Positions 1-14,648 of a stretch of 64,000 nucleotides of DNA are shown piece after piece. Under the pieces are notes generated by a model, which worked only from the letters and a program-made list of their open reading frames with translations, searched no databases and was not told the DNA's origin. This stretch comes from Chrysomallon squamiferum (taxonomy: Eukaryota; Animalia; Mollusca): contig CM022666.1 in assembly GCA_012295275.1 (NCBI GenBank), forward strand, positions 15,066,001 through 15,130,000, written 5' to 3'. A program made the translations under genes and the position numbers. Each line of letters begins with the position of its first letter. Positions within the stretch are counted from its first letter, which is position 1.

Positions 1-317
1 TTATATACAAAACGATTATCTTAAGGGTATAAATAATATTACTGTATTGTTACTCAGCATGGAGAAGCAAAACTTTATCCTCAAAATACAGATGACTTAG
101 CAGCAATAGCTTATTCAGTGCAAGAAGCCTGTACATAAAAACTGATTTTGTTATTATTTGTTGAGAAATATTTTATCTTTTAATATCACAATATGATATG
201 TATTTGATACAATTTGTAGAATAAAATAGACTAATATTATTGAAACCATTCTTATTTGCTATATAAATTTTCACAGTAATATGATGACAAAACTGTACTT
301 CTTATTTTGTTTTACAG

Positions 318-455
318 TATTCTTTTTGAAGTGTAGTGTTCAGAAATATGCCTGGGGTAAGATTGGAGAGGAGAGTGAAGTTGCCAGATTGGCTCGTTGT
401 GCAGATCCAGCATTTACTATAAAACCAGATGAAGCATATGCTGAGGTGTGCATTT

Positions 456-491
<36 letters not shown>

Positions 492-1543
492 CCTATCCCT
501 CTCCCTCTACCTATCTATCTCTACCTACAAAATATTTAGATTTTCCTGTAATATAAGCTGCTGTAATTGATAATTTATCTACATAACAATGATCTTTCAT
601 GCACCAAACATAGGTAACATTCAGAATGTGTGTGTGTGGGTGTGGGTGTGTGGGTGGGGGTGGGTGGTTTCATGGCAGAACCACTTAAATTCGTAATATT
701 GCAAAATTACATTTTTCCAGTTAATTTTTAATGCTTCATGTTACAGCAGGGTTACATTTCACTTATCTGATTTTAAGACTTTACATTTTAGTTAGCTGCA
801 GAGTTCTTTAACCTTCAAGATTGAAATATTTTTACAAATTTCAGCTGTGGATGGGAACTCATCCCAATGGCCCATCAATGGTGGATATCGAGGGTAAAAG
901 CCACGAGTCACTGGGTGACTGGATCAAAAGGAATCCAGATAGCCTTGGATCTGAGGCGAAAACATACTTCAATGGAGAACTGTCATTCCTGTTCAAAGTC
1001 CTTTCAGTAAACACGTCCCTCTCAGTCCAAGCTCATCCTCATAAGGTGATTTGATGATATCCGTATGTAAATCAAAAAACATTTTACTGATAAAACCTGC
1101 ACACCGATAGCAGTCTTTAAATTTATTTTCTACATGTGTATACTTCAACAAAAGGATTTTAATTTTATTGTTATTGCTTGTATATTTTAAGGTACATGCA
1201 GCCCAACTGCACCAAAAGTTCCCTGATTTGTATAAAGACAGTAACCATAAACCAGAAATGGCGATAGCCTTGACACCTTTTCAGGGTCTCTGTGGGTTTC
1301 GACCTATTGTTGAAGTAGCCAAGTTCATGACAGGTATCAAATTATTTTTTATTAATATTTTACAAGTGTTTCTGTCAGAAAAGTTGGTTAGTATTTAAGT
1401 GTGCTGCTGAATTTATTATGATGTCTGTGTTTGTTTTAATCAAAGATCAGTATATCTTCTTTTTTTTTTGCTTAACTGAATAACTTGCTTTAATACTTAA
1501 GATTAAAATTAGTTCATAATTTACTCACTAATATAAGTTTGTA

Positions 1544-1604
<61 letters not shown>

Positions 1605-4284
1605 TTTCAAATTTTGAATGGGTAAGAAAATTCCTTTATTCTTCCATATGTGTTTTAGATATTGCTCCATATGGATTTTTCAGGATCGCTGATATTTCCC
1701 ATCTAATGAAAATTGCATATAAATAACTCATTGCCTTTCATAAGTAAGATGTAGCCCATGTTTCTCTCTTTACATCTAGTAACCATTAATACTAAAAGAA
1801 GTAAAATGTATTTTTCATCCATATAATTTTTTTTCCCTATCTTTTATAAAATACTTTTTTTATTCAAATGTTTTTTTTTTTTAATAGAAATTGATGAATT
1901 TCGAAATGTGGTTGGGAACAACAATGCAATAAAGCTGATCACCGCCAGTCGCAGCATGGACATGGTCATGCATCGACAGGTGATGAAAGAGTGTTTCCAT
2001 GGTATGATGACACAACAGAAGGATGTGGTGAAGAAAGCACTGGAAAGTCTCGTCGCTAAGGTTAAAACTCCTGGTTAGTAACTGTAACAACGTTCTCAAC
2101 ACATTCTGTAGTCTGTGGTTGCATGCAAAACAATTCAGCAATGACCATTTGAGTTGTGAAAAAGAAAAACCAGTTATTAGTGGGCTGTTATTTTCTGATT
2201 AGCAAGAACAAGTTTTTTTTATGTCGACAAACCCATAACCTGGAAAATGTACCTCAAAGCTGTAGATAAACCAGTAACCATGTGAAAAGAAACCTATATG
2301 GTAAACAAAGAACTCACTAGAGATTAGGTTTGATTACATGTAGTTCTGATTGCAGCTTGCACCTTAAATGTTGTCTTAAATGTTTAGAACCTATGGGAAG
2401 GTATATATAAAATGTCACTTACTGCTGTGTTACTCTGTATGTGATGTCAGTGACTTTTTATTACAAATACTATCATACATTTAACACATAATAACAGTTC
2501 ATGTAAAATTGCTGAGTGTGTTTTTTCATTGATAAAGGTGAGGTTCTAAAAGTTGTTTTTGTCTTGTAGATGCTCACAGAACTGATGCAGATAAAAATGT
2601 TGACAAGGTGTTGTTGAAGTTGACACGTGAATTCCCTGGCGACGTTGGTGCCTTTGCTATCTACTTCCTCAACATCATCACACTGGCTCCTGGTGAGGCA
2701 ATGTTCCTCGAAGCTAACCTGCCTCATGCCTACCTGTCTGGAGGTTTGTTTTACACATGAGTATGAACACACATGCACACGAAGTTGCACATACACATAG
2801 GCTTTGGTTATTACAGGTGTGAAAAATGCAGTTATGATTTAATATGTTAAGAGGTTGGAAAGATAGAGCATTCTTTTAAAACAATTAACAGTAGCGTCAC
2901 GTAAACCATCAGCTTTTAATTTGGTCCTTACATTTATTTTATTAAAAGGTTTATGAATTAGTCCATTGTGTGTTCTTTAGAATGATTTTAATTTGCCACA
3001 CACATTTAGCAGAAACACAGCATGGTTAAAATCCTGTTTCTAACAGTGTTGTGAAACAAGTTATTTATTTTCAGACTATATGGAGTGCATGGCATGTTCT
3101 GACAGTGTTGTGAAACAAGTTATTTATTTTCAGACTGTATGGAGTGCATGGCATGTTCTGACAGTGTTGTGAAACAAGTTATTTATTTTCAGACTGTATG
3201 GAGTGTATGGCATGTTCTGACAGTGTTGTGAAACAAGTTATTTATTTTCAGACTGTATGGAGTGTATGGCATGTTCTGACAGTATTGCCAAACAAGTTAT
3301 TTATTTTCAGACTGTATGGAATGTATGGCATGTTCTGACAGTATTGCCAAACAAGTTATTTATTTTCAGACTGTATGGAGTGTATGGCATGTTCTGACAG
3401 TATTGCCAAACAAGTTATTTATTTTCAGACTGTATGGAATGTATGGCATGTTCTGACAGTATTGCCAAACAAGTTATTTATTTTCAGACTGTATGGAGTG
3501 CATGGCATGTTCTGACAGTGTTTTCAACAAGTTATTTATTTTCAGACTGTATGGAGTGTATGGCATGTTCTGACAACGTTGTGCGCGTGCGGTTTGACTT
3601 TTAAATATGTCGATGTCCACACACTTGTGGAGATGCTGGACTACACTGGAAGGCCTGTTTTAAAGACAAAGTTCCCCGGTCTGGAAGAAGTCAATGACAT
3701 CAAAACAACCATTTTTAAACCTTCAGTCAATGAGTTTGCAGTAGCTAGATACGAGGTAGGTAAAATTAAATAGAGTTCATGTTACTCCTGAGTACTGCTG
3801 TTCTCTCCTGAATGTATCAGTGATAAAACATTAATAAGTTATCATACATTCTCTAACTGTACCTTTTTATACTGTCAAGCAGATATAATGCTGGAGATAC
3901 ACAAAACTTGGGGCTCATGCCGTTAAGAAGGAGTTCCCAAATGATTTAAATTAATTTTTTTTAATAATAAATAGCTAATATTTAATGGAAAAAAAATGAA
4001 GTGCTGATTTTTTTTTATAGATGTGCCAGGATATTAAAAAAAACATTTTAACAAGAATTTTGAAACTGTTACAGGTTCCTGCTGGGAAAGATCTTCACCT
4101 GTCTGCTCTTGACAGTGCCAGTATTGCAATTTTAATACAGGGTGAAGGAAAAGCCTTGAATCGAACTCTGAATTCTCCTCTACCAGTGAAGAGAGGTTCT
4201 GTGTTCTTCATAGCAGCAAACGAAGAAGTAGTAGTGAAAACAAGTAGTAATATTCTAGCATTCAGAGCCTACTCCGGCCTGTGA
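318..4284 (+). CDS. MPI: Mannose-6-phosphate isomerase (type I PMI), 5'-partial, 7 visible coding exons
   Basis: AG/GT-bounded exons 318-445, 845-1045, 1192-1333, 1888-2073, 2570-2743, 3546-3755, 4075-4284 (TGA). They join in frame to give PMI motifs [96 protein letters not shown]. Apparent +1 indel near 3587-3590. The start exon (phase 1) lies before the window. Confidence 0.95.
3037..3583 (+). repeat. 59-bp minisatellite, 9 copies, spanning the MPI intron/exon-6 acceptor
   Basis: Unit ~TTCTGACAGTGTTGTGAAACAAGTTATTTATTTTCAG|ACTGTATGGAGTGTATGGCATG. CAG acceptors end at 3074, 3133, 3192, 3251, 3310, 3369, 3428, 3487 and 3545 (last unit 58 bp). Confidence 0.95.
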
Positions 4285-6647
4285 ACTACTGAATTATTTA
4301 AACTTTGGGGGATAGAATCATAACCACGAGGTGTTTAGACTTTGTCAAAGTATTGGGAAGTTAAGCTTGTTGGGTGTTTTTGTTATTTCATTTTGTTGTT
4401 GTGTGTGTCTGTCTGTTGTATCTGCTACTGGCTGGAAATGAATAATAATCAGTTTGTTTGTCATTCGCTGTTTAAAAGAAAAATCAAGATGATTAAAAAA
4501 TGAAGCAAGATTGATTCAGAGAAGAATCAGCATTGAGTCCCGTGTGAATCATGATCGATTTAGTTTGATTCGTGTCTGATTTATCTACGAATCGTAATTA
4601 ACTCACAGGTGAATCAGAATTGGTTTGTAGGTCAGTCATAATTGATTTGCAGATGAATGGAAACTGCCTCGTGTGTGAGTTTTCACAGATCAGCAGATGA
4701 ATCGAGAGTTGTTCACAGACTGGTTCTTTGTAGCTCAGTTTGTAAATGAATTCTGATTCACTGGTGTGATGAGAATCGATTTTCCAGTCAGCTTCAGACA
4801 CTGAATGAACAGAATATCACCAGTAGTTTAGAAAATACTCTTTATTTTTTGTTACAGCTATTTATATTATAGCTGAAAAGAATAGTAAAAATAGTTCAAA
4901 TAGAAAGACTAAATCTTTTAATTTTTTTTTTTCTTTTTTTTTCTTTTCTTTTTGTGAAAATTATTATGGTGGTTGTTACTTAATAATAATGAAACTGCAT
5001 ACACAATTAAGTCCTGAAAAAAATTTCTTAATATTTAAAGAGAATAGAAATTAAAAAAAAATTATGAAGATCAAGATAACATTTATACTGGCAGTCCTAC
5101 ATGTTTTATTTTATATTTTTCTTTATTAGATTTTTACATTCTTTATTACCTAACTGGGTTTTTTTCTCTGATTGTTATCATTACAATTTCACAGACACCA
5201 TGTTAATCTATAAATGTTCAGGTTCAGCACTTGAGATAATTATAATTAAAGATCACAGGAATATAGATAAAATTCATCTCTCTCCCACAAGAACTAATAT
5301 GATTTCAGTTACTATATTATTATTATTGTTATTAAAAAAACTGAAATATTTTTGGAATAATTAAATGTTTTAAAAATACGGATGAGTTAACAAAACAAGA
5401 TATTAATAATGAAAATTACTTAACTGAGATTGACAGTGAGAGTATGTATTGTATTGTGAATTGTTTTAGTGGTCAGATTTGTATTATTATTATTATTATT
5501 ATTTGTTTATTATCGAGAAGTAGATTCATTTGTGTGTTCCGTTATTATATAATTATTTAAAATGGTCACACTTATTTTATATCATTTTGACAAATATTGA
5601 CACCAAACAAAATATTAGTTAAAAAAATCAAATATATAATAATCAACTCTTAACTACTTATTATTATTTGCATATCTCACTGTCTTCTTTTCTATCTGTC
5701 TGTCTGTCTGTCTGTGTTGGAGAAATAAAGAAAAGAACATAGGCTTGTTTACCAAAATCACCAGTTGTGACAGAAATAAGAAAGAAATGGTACACTGAAT
5801 ATTTTTTAAATCATTTTTTTTTTTTTTGATAAAAAAATAAAATTTAAATGTTTATAAAGATGATGATAATCAGATGAACTGTCTGTGCAAAAAGAAAGAC
5901 TGCTTGACATTTTTGTTTTTGTTTTATTATCTGTTCTCAGAGATGAACGAAATGAAAATTATAAAATCATTTTAATGTCATACAATAAGTGTTTGATATA
6001 TACAGTTAAGATCAATATACTGAATTAAATATAAAAATGCATGTTTTTATCTTAAATCATTTCAACAGTGATAAGCCGTACCTGTTTTCAGCTGTGTGGG
6101 TATTCTAGGCAGAACATATAAATATATAAATACTTTAATAAATCAGTTTGTGTTATCTGTATATATAAAACACAGCAAAAACAAAGTGAACGTTACTGAC
6201 ATTTAAAAATGTAAAACATTATTATGCCACCATGTATACTAGATAGCAGATTAAATAATAGAAACTGAAATGTAATAAGAAATCTTTATTCTTTGACCAA
6301 AGCCACTTTTAATACCTCAGTTAATCATAACCATTTTTGAATATATTTTATATTCCTTTTTTTAAATTATTTATTTATATTTTGGCAATCTGTTGTCTAT
6401 AGTATTAGGAATGTTTGGTGTTAGCATTGGATCATACAAAAAAAGAGTTGAACCACAGACAGCTTTTTTGTTTTAACTTTAAATATCTGTAAAGTAGTGC
6501 TTATATCATCATAAACTGAACAAATTTTAAGGAGTAAATTTTCTGTTTAGTATTGAGGAATAACTGGGAAAAACGAGTTTGATCATTAATAGACAGTCAT
6601 CCTATAAGAAAAAGTTGCTTTAAGTGACTGATTGTAAAAATATGTTG

Positions 6648-6653
6648 AATAAA
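6648..6653 (+). terminator. Candidate MPI polyadenylation signal AATAAA
   Basis: AATAAA followed by T/GT-rich sequence near where + strand composition changes from T-rich to A-rich. Other AATAAA hexamers exist, so this is tentative. Confidence 0.3.
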
Positions 6654-8894
6654 ACTTGTTATTGGTGCATTTATTTAGTTATGTGTCTTCAGAGATGCAA
6701 CACATACACACGCATTTATGCACCTGCATGCATGCTTACACACATCCGCAAACACACAAAAACACAATGAGTGTGGTGTTTATCAACATTTTAATTTATC
6801 TATTGTACATTTATTTAATACATGTATGAAAAGTTTAAAGTTAGTTGTTTGTTGATGTGACTGGTGAGGTGTCATGTACAATTATTTACTTTGGTTTTTC
6901 TTTTTGAAATGTTTGTTAAGCCTTAAATATTAAAGTTGTTTAAATGCCAGCCAGTTGTGTTTATTTTTGTACAGAAACTATAACATTACTTGAACTAACA
7001 GTGCACTGCAGAAATCACAAATTAAACTTTGCTTAATCTGCATAAATTAATCTAAAATAAACATCATGGTGAAATTTCAACAAAACATATAACTGAAATC
7101 AGAAATAAAGATATGACTGAAATCACAAATATGATCTACTGAAAAACCAGCAGTTGTGATTAGAATGTCTGAAATCACAGCAGTAATGAGTGTTGAAATC
7201 ACTATCACATATTACTGCTATTTCAAAATCTTACTGAAAACGAATGACAACACTACTGGTACTGTAGTCACTACTGTAATTTCTTCTGAAATTAAATTTA
7301 AATGATTTATCAGATATTTAGAAGAGTATTGTTATGTGGGTTACGTGTGTAATGAGGTGCAGTTTTTAATGTTATTTTCTGTGAGGCTTGTGATTCCATT
7401 ATAAAAATTGGTTTACATCCTCACAAATATACAGTTTTTACACTTTCACTGCCTTTGTATAATAATAACAACAACAATAATAATAATAATAAACAAAAAG
7501 TTCAAAAAATTAAAACAAAGTATAAATTAATAAAACAGTAAAGAAATAAAGCAATAAAACAGTAAAAATAAAAATTTCACTTGAAGCAAAACAAACAAAG
7601 TCAATAGGAATGTAGTTTTATTTCAAAACAGAAATAGTGAAGAATTAATTTTTATCTGTGTATTGTCTAACACAGTACAAACTAATATCCACAAATTATT
7701 TATTGAAGAAATTGTTAATAAGACGAAAAATATATTCCTGATACAGCATTATATATGCAACAAAAATAAATTGTCATTCTACATTTTATTAATACATATG
7801 TAAAAACATACATTTACATAGACAGAATAAGCTTGTTATAATAATTGTCTCTGTATATTATTTTTCCTTGATGGACATTTTATTATTTCAGTATAATGTT
7901 TTTACAAGAGCAAGAAAAGAAACTTCTGGGATACTAACAAATTGTTTATTAAGTTTAATTTTACAGTTCTTATGTAAGTATCTCTACAGGAAAGACATAG
8001 CTACTCAACTGACACGAAAACTTTCTTTACTGATTCTCTGTAATGTAAGAATTTTTTCTCTTTACTGTTTTAAAAATAAAAATTATGTTTCGAAACATCT
8101 TTAATATTCATACAAAAATAGTTGATTTTCTTGTAGTTAATTCCATAACCATATTGATGTTGTCATTACACAAATGTAACATAGCATCATTCATATCAAT
8201 ACTGATGCATACTATTAACATTATATCACTATCAACATATAACCTTAGCATCATGGGACCTTGTTAACACTGTAGAGAAATTTAATCTTGACATTCTACA
8301 TACAAAACAGACATTTGAATTGAGAACATTATAAATACTGGTTAGAACCAAAAGAGTATCTCTTTAACATTGTGCAGAAATTTAACCTTACTATTTTATA
8401 CACATTACACTGCACTGAATGTAGACATTTAAATCGACAGCATTATAAATACTGGTACATAAAAAGAATATCTTCTTAAAACATTTTAGAAATTTATCCT
8501 TAACATTGTATATAGTAATAAAGCATTGAATTGTTATATCTTATATACAGATACTTGACCCTACTAACATAATACACAGTGGTTCAACTCTACAGACATT
8601 TAAATCTAATTAACACTCTACGATTGCAACTGAACCCTACAGATGCATGTGTTTAATTTATTAAAATGTCACTGGTATAAATTCTAGTTATTTGTCATTT
8701 ATTTTTAAATCTTCTCCACTTCAGTAACTTTAGGGCAGAATACAAAGCGCTTTCATAAACATTAAATATAAATTTTTATAAATTTTAAAATTTTGGTACC
8801 CAGAATTTTTAACAACGAAAAGTAAACTTGTTTTAATATATGAAAAGAAAATGAAATAAATCTCTGAAGTTTTGGCTGTGCAAATAAATACTGA

Positions 8895-8934
8895 TAACAA
8901 TAACAATAATAATAATAATAATAATAATCATAAC

Positions 8935-9025
<91 letters not shown>
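8895..9025. repeat. (AAT)n microsatellite, representative of many in the window
   Basis: Long, nearly pure AAT run. Similar (AAT)n, (TA)n, (GA)n, (CA)n and (ATTT)n tracts occur throughout, e.g. ~1545-1600, ~38715-38980, ~40578-40660, ~63294-63385. Confidence 0.95.
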
Positions 9026-9028
<3 letters not shown>

Positions 9029-10013
9029 TAAATATATAAATAAACAATATTATAAAAATAAACAAACAAAAATAATAATAAATTAAAATATAACAATAAA
9101 ATTTCATTTAAAATTTGGTCCCTTCATTAAGCAATGTATATAAATAATCTGTACAAAAATAAAACAGATAAAAATTTTTTGGCAAAATACTTATTGAAAA
9201 TTATATTGATCCATTGTGGTATTAACCCCAAAACATAAATACTGAAGACAGAACAAAAATAAATACATTTCCTTTACATTCGTTGAAGCGATATACATAT
9301 GCTCATATGCACCATACATACATAATGCATACATACACACATACACACATATATTATGTATGTATGTATAAAATAGTCATTTGGTATTTAAATGACACAA
9401 ATACAAAGGTAAAATTTCAAACCATTTAACAAAAAAATACAACAACCACAAACAATATTTTGTATCAAATTAAATAAACTATGATGCAGTCAGTTTAGTA
9501 TTACCCTAAGTTCTAGCAGTTTAAATATGTGAAGTAACAAATAAGTTATTAGTAATATGTAGTAGCAATTCATTCAAATGTTTACAAAAAAACAAACCAA
9601 ACATTAACTCCCCCACAAACAAAACAACAGAAACCCAACAACAACAAAATAATAATAATAATAATATGGATAAAAATAGAAAATATAAGAAAAGGTGTAT
9701 ATTTCTAAAAATCAAGATGGGTTAAAACTTTAATATACTTAAGTGCAATAAAGACTTTTCAACAAAATACACCAAATGTTTAATATACAAGTTCACTACT
9801 GTGTCTGGTTAAATACACGAGTTTATGGAAACTGATTAATGAACAAAATAAAATCTTGTTACTGTTTAGGAATATGTAATTTCTGCCATTTTTTTTTTTT
9901 TTTTTTTTTTTAGTTTTTTAAACATATTAAATATGATGTTTGCATGCAAGTTTTTACTAGTTTGTCTCTTTGTACAATTTCAAATCATGTCTTCAGCATT
10001 TTCAATATTCTAC

Positions 10014-10060
<47 letters not shown>

Positions 10061-10780
10061 CAACAACAAATAAAGAAATAAATAAACCAATAAAAGAGAA
10101 AAGAACTGATCACATTCTGAAACAATGCTGATATTCTTAAAACAATCATGTGAAATTATTACACAAAAACAACAAATTACTTTACAAAACAACAGTATCT
10201 TGGTTCAGTTCCTTTCGGTGGAAGGTGAGTGAACAGTTACAACAATTGTAATACACATACAAATAACACAGTAAACATTCCAATACAGAATCAAATAATA
10301 TTAACATTACAATAGACAGTCATATAATACTAAATGTTACAATATACAATCAAATAATATTAAGCAATAAAACAAAAGACATTTAAATACAATTTTTTTT
10401 TAATAATATGAGATTACTACCTATTTCATGTTGCTTAAAAAATAATAATAATAAAAATTTAATTAAGAAATTCTCTTTTAATCACAGGCTATTTATTTCG
10501 CATTGCAAGTCATTAAAATGTCTTTTGCAATATCAACCATAATATAATTCAGAGCAAAACAGAAGTTACAATACTGCTAAGCATTGTTATTTTAATATTT
10601 GAAATGTTCAATGTTGAATCTGTCCTGAAACCATGGTGATGTGCCTATAGAAAAAAACCCCATTAAAATTAAAATAAAATAAAATAAAATAAAATAAAAT
10701 TTCCAGTATCAAAACTGAATGGTTACTATTATTCCTTGATACAGACAATATTATTTTGAGTACAAGTTCATAAAAAAAAT

Positions 10781-11075
10781 TGTTCTCAATATAATTTTGA
10801 CTACAGATATTCTCAGTATAAAATTAATTCTAAACATGTTCTCAGTACAGTTTTGACCACAAATGTTCAGAATACAATTGACTACATTTTTTTACCATAA
10901 ATGTTCTCTATACAGTTTTGACTACAAATGTGTCCACAGCACAGTTTTCTCTACATACATGTTTATGGTACAATTTTGACAACAAATATAGTCACAGTAC
11001 AATTTTGACTACAAGTATGTTCTCGATGCAATTTTGACTATAAGTATGTTCTAAGTACAATTTTGACTACAAACT
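10781..11075. repeat. Degenerate ~30-bp minisatellite
   Basis: About 9-10 copies of TACAATTTTGACTACAAAT(A)TGTTCTCAG-like units. Confidence 0.8.
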
Positions 11076-11533
11076 TGTATACAATATTACTGAGACTATT
11101 AATACACAAACTGGATTGTGTCAACCCTACTAATAAAGTGTATATAAAAATATAAAAAAACCCTGAAGTTTAGCTACTGGTAGTAAAACATGCAGAATGT
11201 TTGGAAGCTGAAAGATCACAAATAATGGAATACAAACAATCTATTCAACACGGAGAAAAATATTCATTTCATTGTACCAGTAAAACATAATAATAATCTA
11301 TATATACAGCAGATCTATATTGTAACAGTTTGGTACAAAATTAACAGTAAAGTAAAGCTAGCATTTATTTATTTGTATCTTAAATTGAATAAGATTTAGT
11401 AATTACACTTTGTGTACATCAGTAATATCGGCATAATGACAAAATATTAATTCCTTGTATGTGTGTACAATAATAATATAAATTACAAAGTAATAAAGTA
11501 AACCATGTAGAGTTGGGTTAAACGAAAAATAGA

Positions 11534-11597
<64 letters not shown>

Positions 11598-12302
11598 AAA
11601 ATAAAAATAAAAATAATAATAATGGTAATGATGATGGCAATGGTGATAATAATAACAATGGTTTTATAATAATAATAATAATATTCCTAATAATAATTTA
11701 TAATAATTTATAATAATAATAATAAAAATAAAAATAATAATAATAAAAAATAATAATAATAATAATAATAATAATAAACATTTCTAACCACATAATTATT
11801 ACAGAATTAATTCAAAACAAATCTTATTATTGCTTGTTCAAAATTTACATATATACATACAAAAAAAAAAAAAAAATTAAAATATAAATGAAAAAATTTA
11901 AAATTTACTACACTGTTGCTAGGACAGATTTACAAAAATAGCTTTTATTAAAACAACAAAGTATGAAATTGTGAGTTTTCTTTTGAAAACGTATCACAAG
12001 AGTTTCACAACCAACATGTTATTATACTCCTACACTCAACTGCACAGCTGCCTGGTTACTCTTAGTAGGTGTTCGCTGTAATATCACAAATATCATCTCA
12101 CATCTATTCATTATATTCACTGTTCACACCATGTTTGAAAGAAACGGTCAGAGTTGGTAGAAATCAAAAGTAACATGATAACAAACTAACGTAAAGGTAA
12201 CTATCACATTTCAGTTCAATACTGTGTCTGTAGAGGAAAAATATAATACTGGATTTTTTAACTTTTGTGATTGGTTCCAAGAAAACTGTTTTGTTTTTTT
12301 AA

Positions 12303-12345
<43 letters not shown>

Positions 12346-12410
12346 ATACATAAATAAATAAAAATAATTAGTGGTAGTACTGGTAGTGAAATAAAATAGA
12401 AATAATAATG

Positions 12411-12447
<37 letters not shown>

Positions 12448-14029
12448 GATTTCTAAATAGTAGCAGAAGTAATAAAAATAAAAATAAAACAAAAGGAATG
12501 AATAATAATATTAAAATTAGTGAGATTTCTAAGTAACTAGATGATAAATTATCAAGTCCAGAAACATTTACTTTTTATAACAAAATGAAAAGAACTATGA
12601 ATGTTTTTTTTACATGAAATTCTTCACAGCCATTTTGTTTAAAAAGTAAATAAAAAATAAATAGGTTGAGGTGAGATAAGATACAGACAGCAGGCAATGT
12701 ATAAGAATATGTAAACTGTTTTTCACAAATTTTAAGTTAGAATACTTTTTCTATTTAATACATTACTTATATTACATTAAAAATTTAACGTTCTTTTTCT
12801 TAAGTGTAATAACACATTATCTGTTAAATAAAATATTACTTATTAAATAGATAACATTACATTATCAGATAATTATAATATTACTTATTAAATATAATAT
12901 TATTATTTCTCATTATATGTACAATAAGATAAAACTGAAAATGTTTTGTACAGTGTAATTGACTCCTATTGCTTGAACATTTAAACTGTAACAACTATTT
13001 GTTCAGATTCTTACCAATTCATCTAATTTTGTGTACCAAATAGTACTCGACATATGTAAAAACACATCCCTAACAATATCACTGCACCTAACTATACAGA
13101 TTATATCATGAAAAGAAAGCGAAAGATATTTCATGAATCAAAATTAAACCAAGTCCTCTTCAGATATCTGTTCCATACACATTTAAATTGTTTCCCTTTT
13201 TTTTTTTTTCACAATAGTTATGGCAACATAATGACTTTTAATCTATGTGACATAACTAAAAACAAAACAAAACTGTACAACAAACAGATTAGAAAAATAT
13301 TTGGTACGAGAATAAACAATTGAGTACAGGACATTCACGAATGATGTCTACAAAACTAAAAATAATAATTAAAAAAATAATCATTTAAAAAAATAATAAA
13401 TAAAAAATTGATGAAAATTAATCTTTCGTGAAAACAGATGCAAAAATTCCTACAGAATTCTCATTTTGTATGTTTGACAGAGGATGTGTTTTGTGCAGTT
13501 TTATTACATGTACAGTTCTCAGAATTAACAAGTGCTCTGTTGTACGAGTTCAGGCGAAGACAACACTGATACCATCCCATACTGCTGGAGTATCATGGTT
13601 CAAAGCTGATCATAAAACCAGTCTAACACACGACAACAATTCTCTGTTAAAATAAAATCAATCCTGAAAATGATTTAATCACTCTCATATTTATCAAAGT
13701 TTTTTCTTTTTGTCAATTTCACCTTTTCTGACAGTACTGAAATGACTATCTTCTGACAGTGTTCTAGTCAGTGTCATATTTCTTACCTGACAGCATTAAA
13801 ATTTCTAGACTCACAGTCAGGTTTACATTTTCTGTGTTACAGTATTTGTTATTTGTTTCCTTATTCAAAAAACAGATTTTGACCCAAATTTAGTTACTTA
13901 TCATCAAGTGTTCTATTTGACAGTGTTAAAAAATGACTAGAAGCTGACAGCAGTCTTGCATTCCTCATCTTACCATGTTCTAAAGTGTCTAAACACCATC
14001 ACTTATCTAGTCATTCATAAAATATTAAA

Positions 14030-14600
14030 CTGTATTCTAAAGTGACTAAACACTTATATGACTGTGCCTATTTACAATGATCTAGTCAGTCTCCTGTTGT
14101 TTGACTGTTGAAAATGACTAAACATTGACTATGATTGTCAGTCTCATGTTATCTGACTACTGAAAATGACTAAACTCTGACAATGATCTAGTCAGTCTCA
14201 TGTTTTCTGACTACTGAAAATGACTAAACACTGACAATGATCTAAACTCTTGTTATCTGACTATTGAAAATGATCTAATCAGTCTCATGTTATTTGACTT
14301 TATTTAATGACTAACCACTGACAATACTCTAGTCAATCTTATGTTATTTGACTGCATTTAAACTGACTATATATTTCAATGATCTTGTTATTTAACTGTA
14401 TTTAAAATGACTAAACACCGACTATGATCTAGTCAATCTCTCGTTATTTGATTGTATCTAAAATGACTAGACAACAATCTAGTCAATCTCATGTTATCTG
14501 ACTGTTTAAAATGATTAAACCCTGACAAGCTAATCTAGTCGATCATAAATTATCTGAATGCATTCTGAAACGTCCTGACACTGAAAGCGATCAAGTCAAT
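14030..14600. repeat. Degenerate ~54-bp minisatellite just 3' of the GDPD5-like stop codon
   Basis: Repeated TGAAAATGACTAAACACTGACAATGATCTAGTCAGTCTCATGTTATCTGACTAC-like units (e.g. unit starts at 14161 and 14215). Confidence 0.85.
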
Positions 14601-14648
14601 CATGCATGGCGCTGTCAAAGTGACACCTCACTCTGACATCGGCTGTAT

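Noticed and set aside
59-100. ATG at 59 as the MPI start
   Set aside because: Runs into TAG after 13 codons with no suitable phase-1 donor; the true first exon is probably upstream of the window.
3037-3583. Regularly spaced repeats superficially like a CRISPR array
   Set aside because: Units are contiguous with no unique spacers, the context is eukaryotic and there are no cas genes; it is a minisatellite.
3596-3606. Programmed +1 frameshift at TTT TAA in MPI
   Set aside because: The conserved GLT residues are already in the shifted frame upstream of this site, so the indel lies earlier. Three unrelated genes carry single indels, which points to assembly error.
4490-4820. GAATC/GATTC-rich patch and 67-aa minus ORF after the MPI stop
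   Set aside because: No recognisable protein motif, periodicity or long hairpin; treated as 3' UTR sequence.
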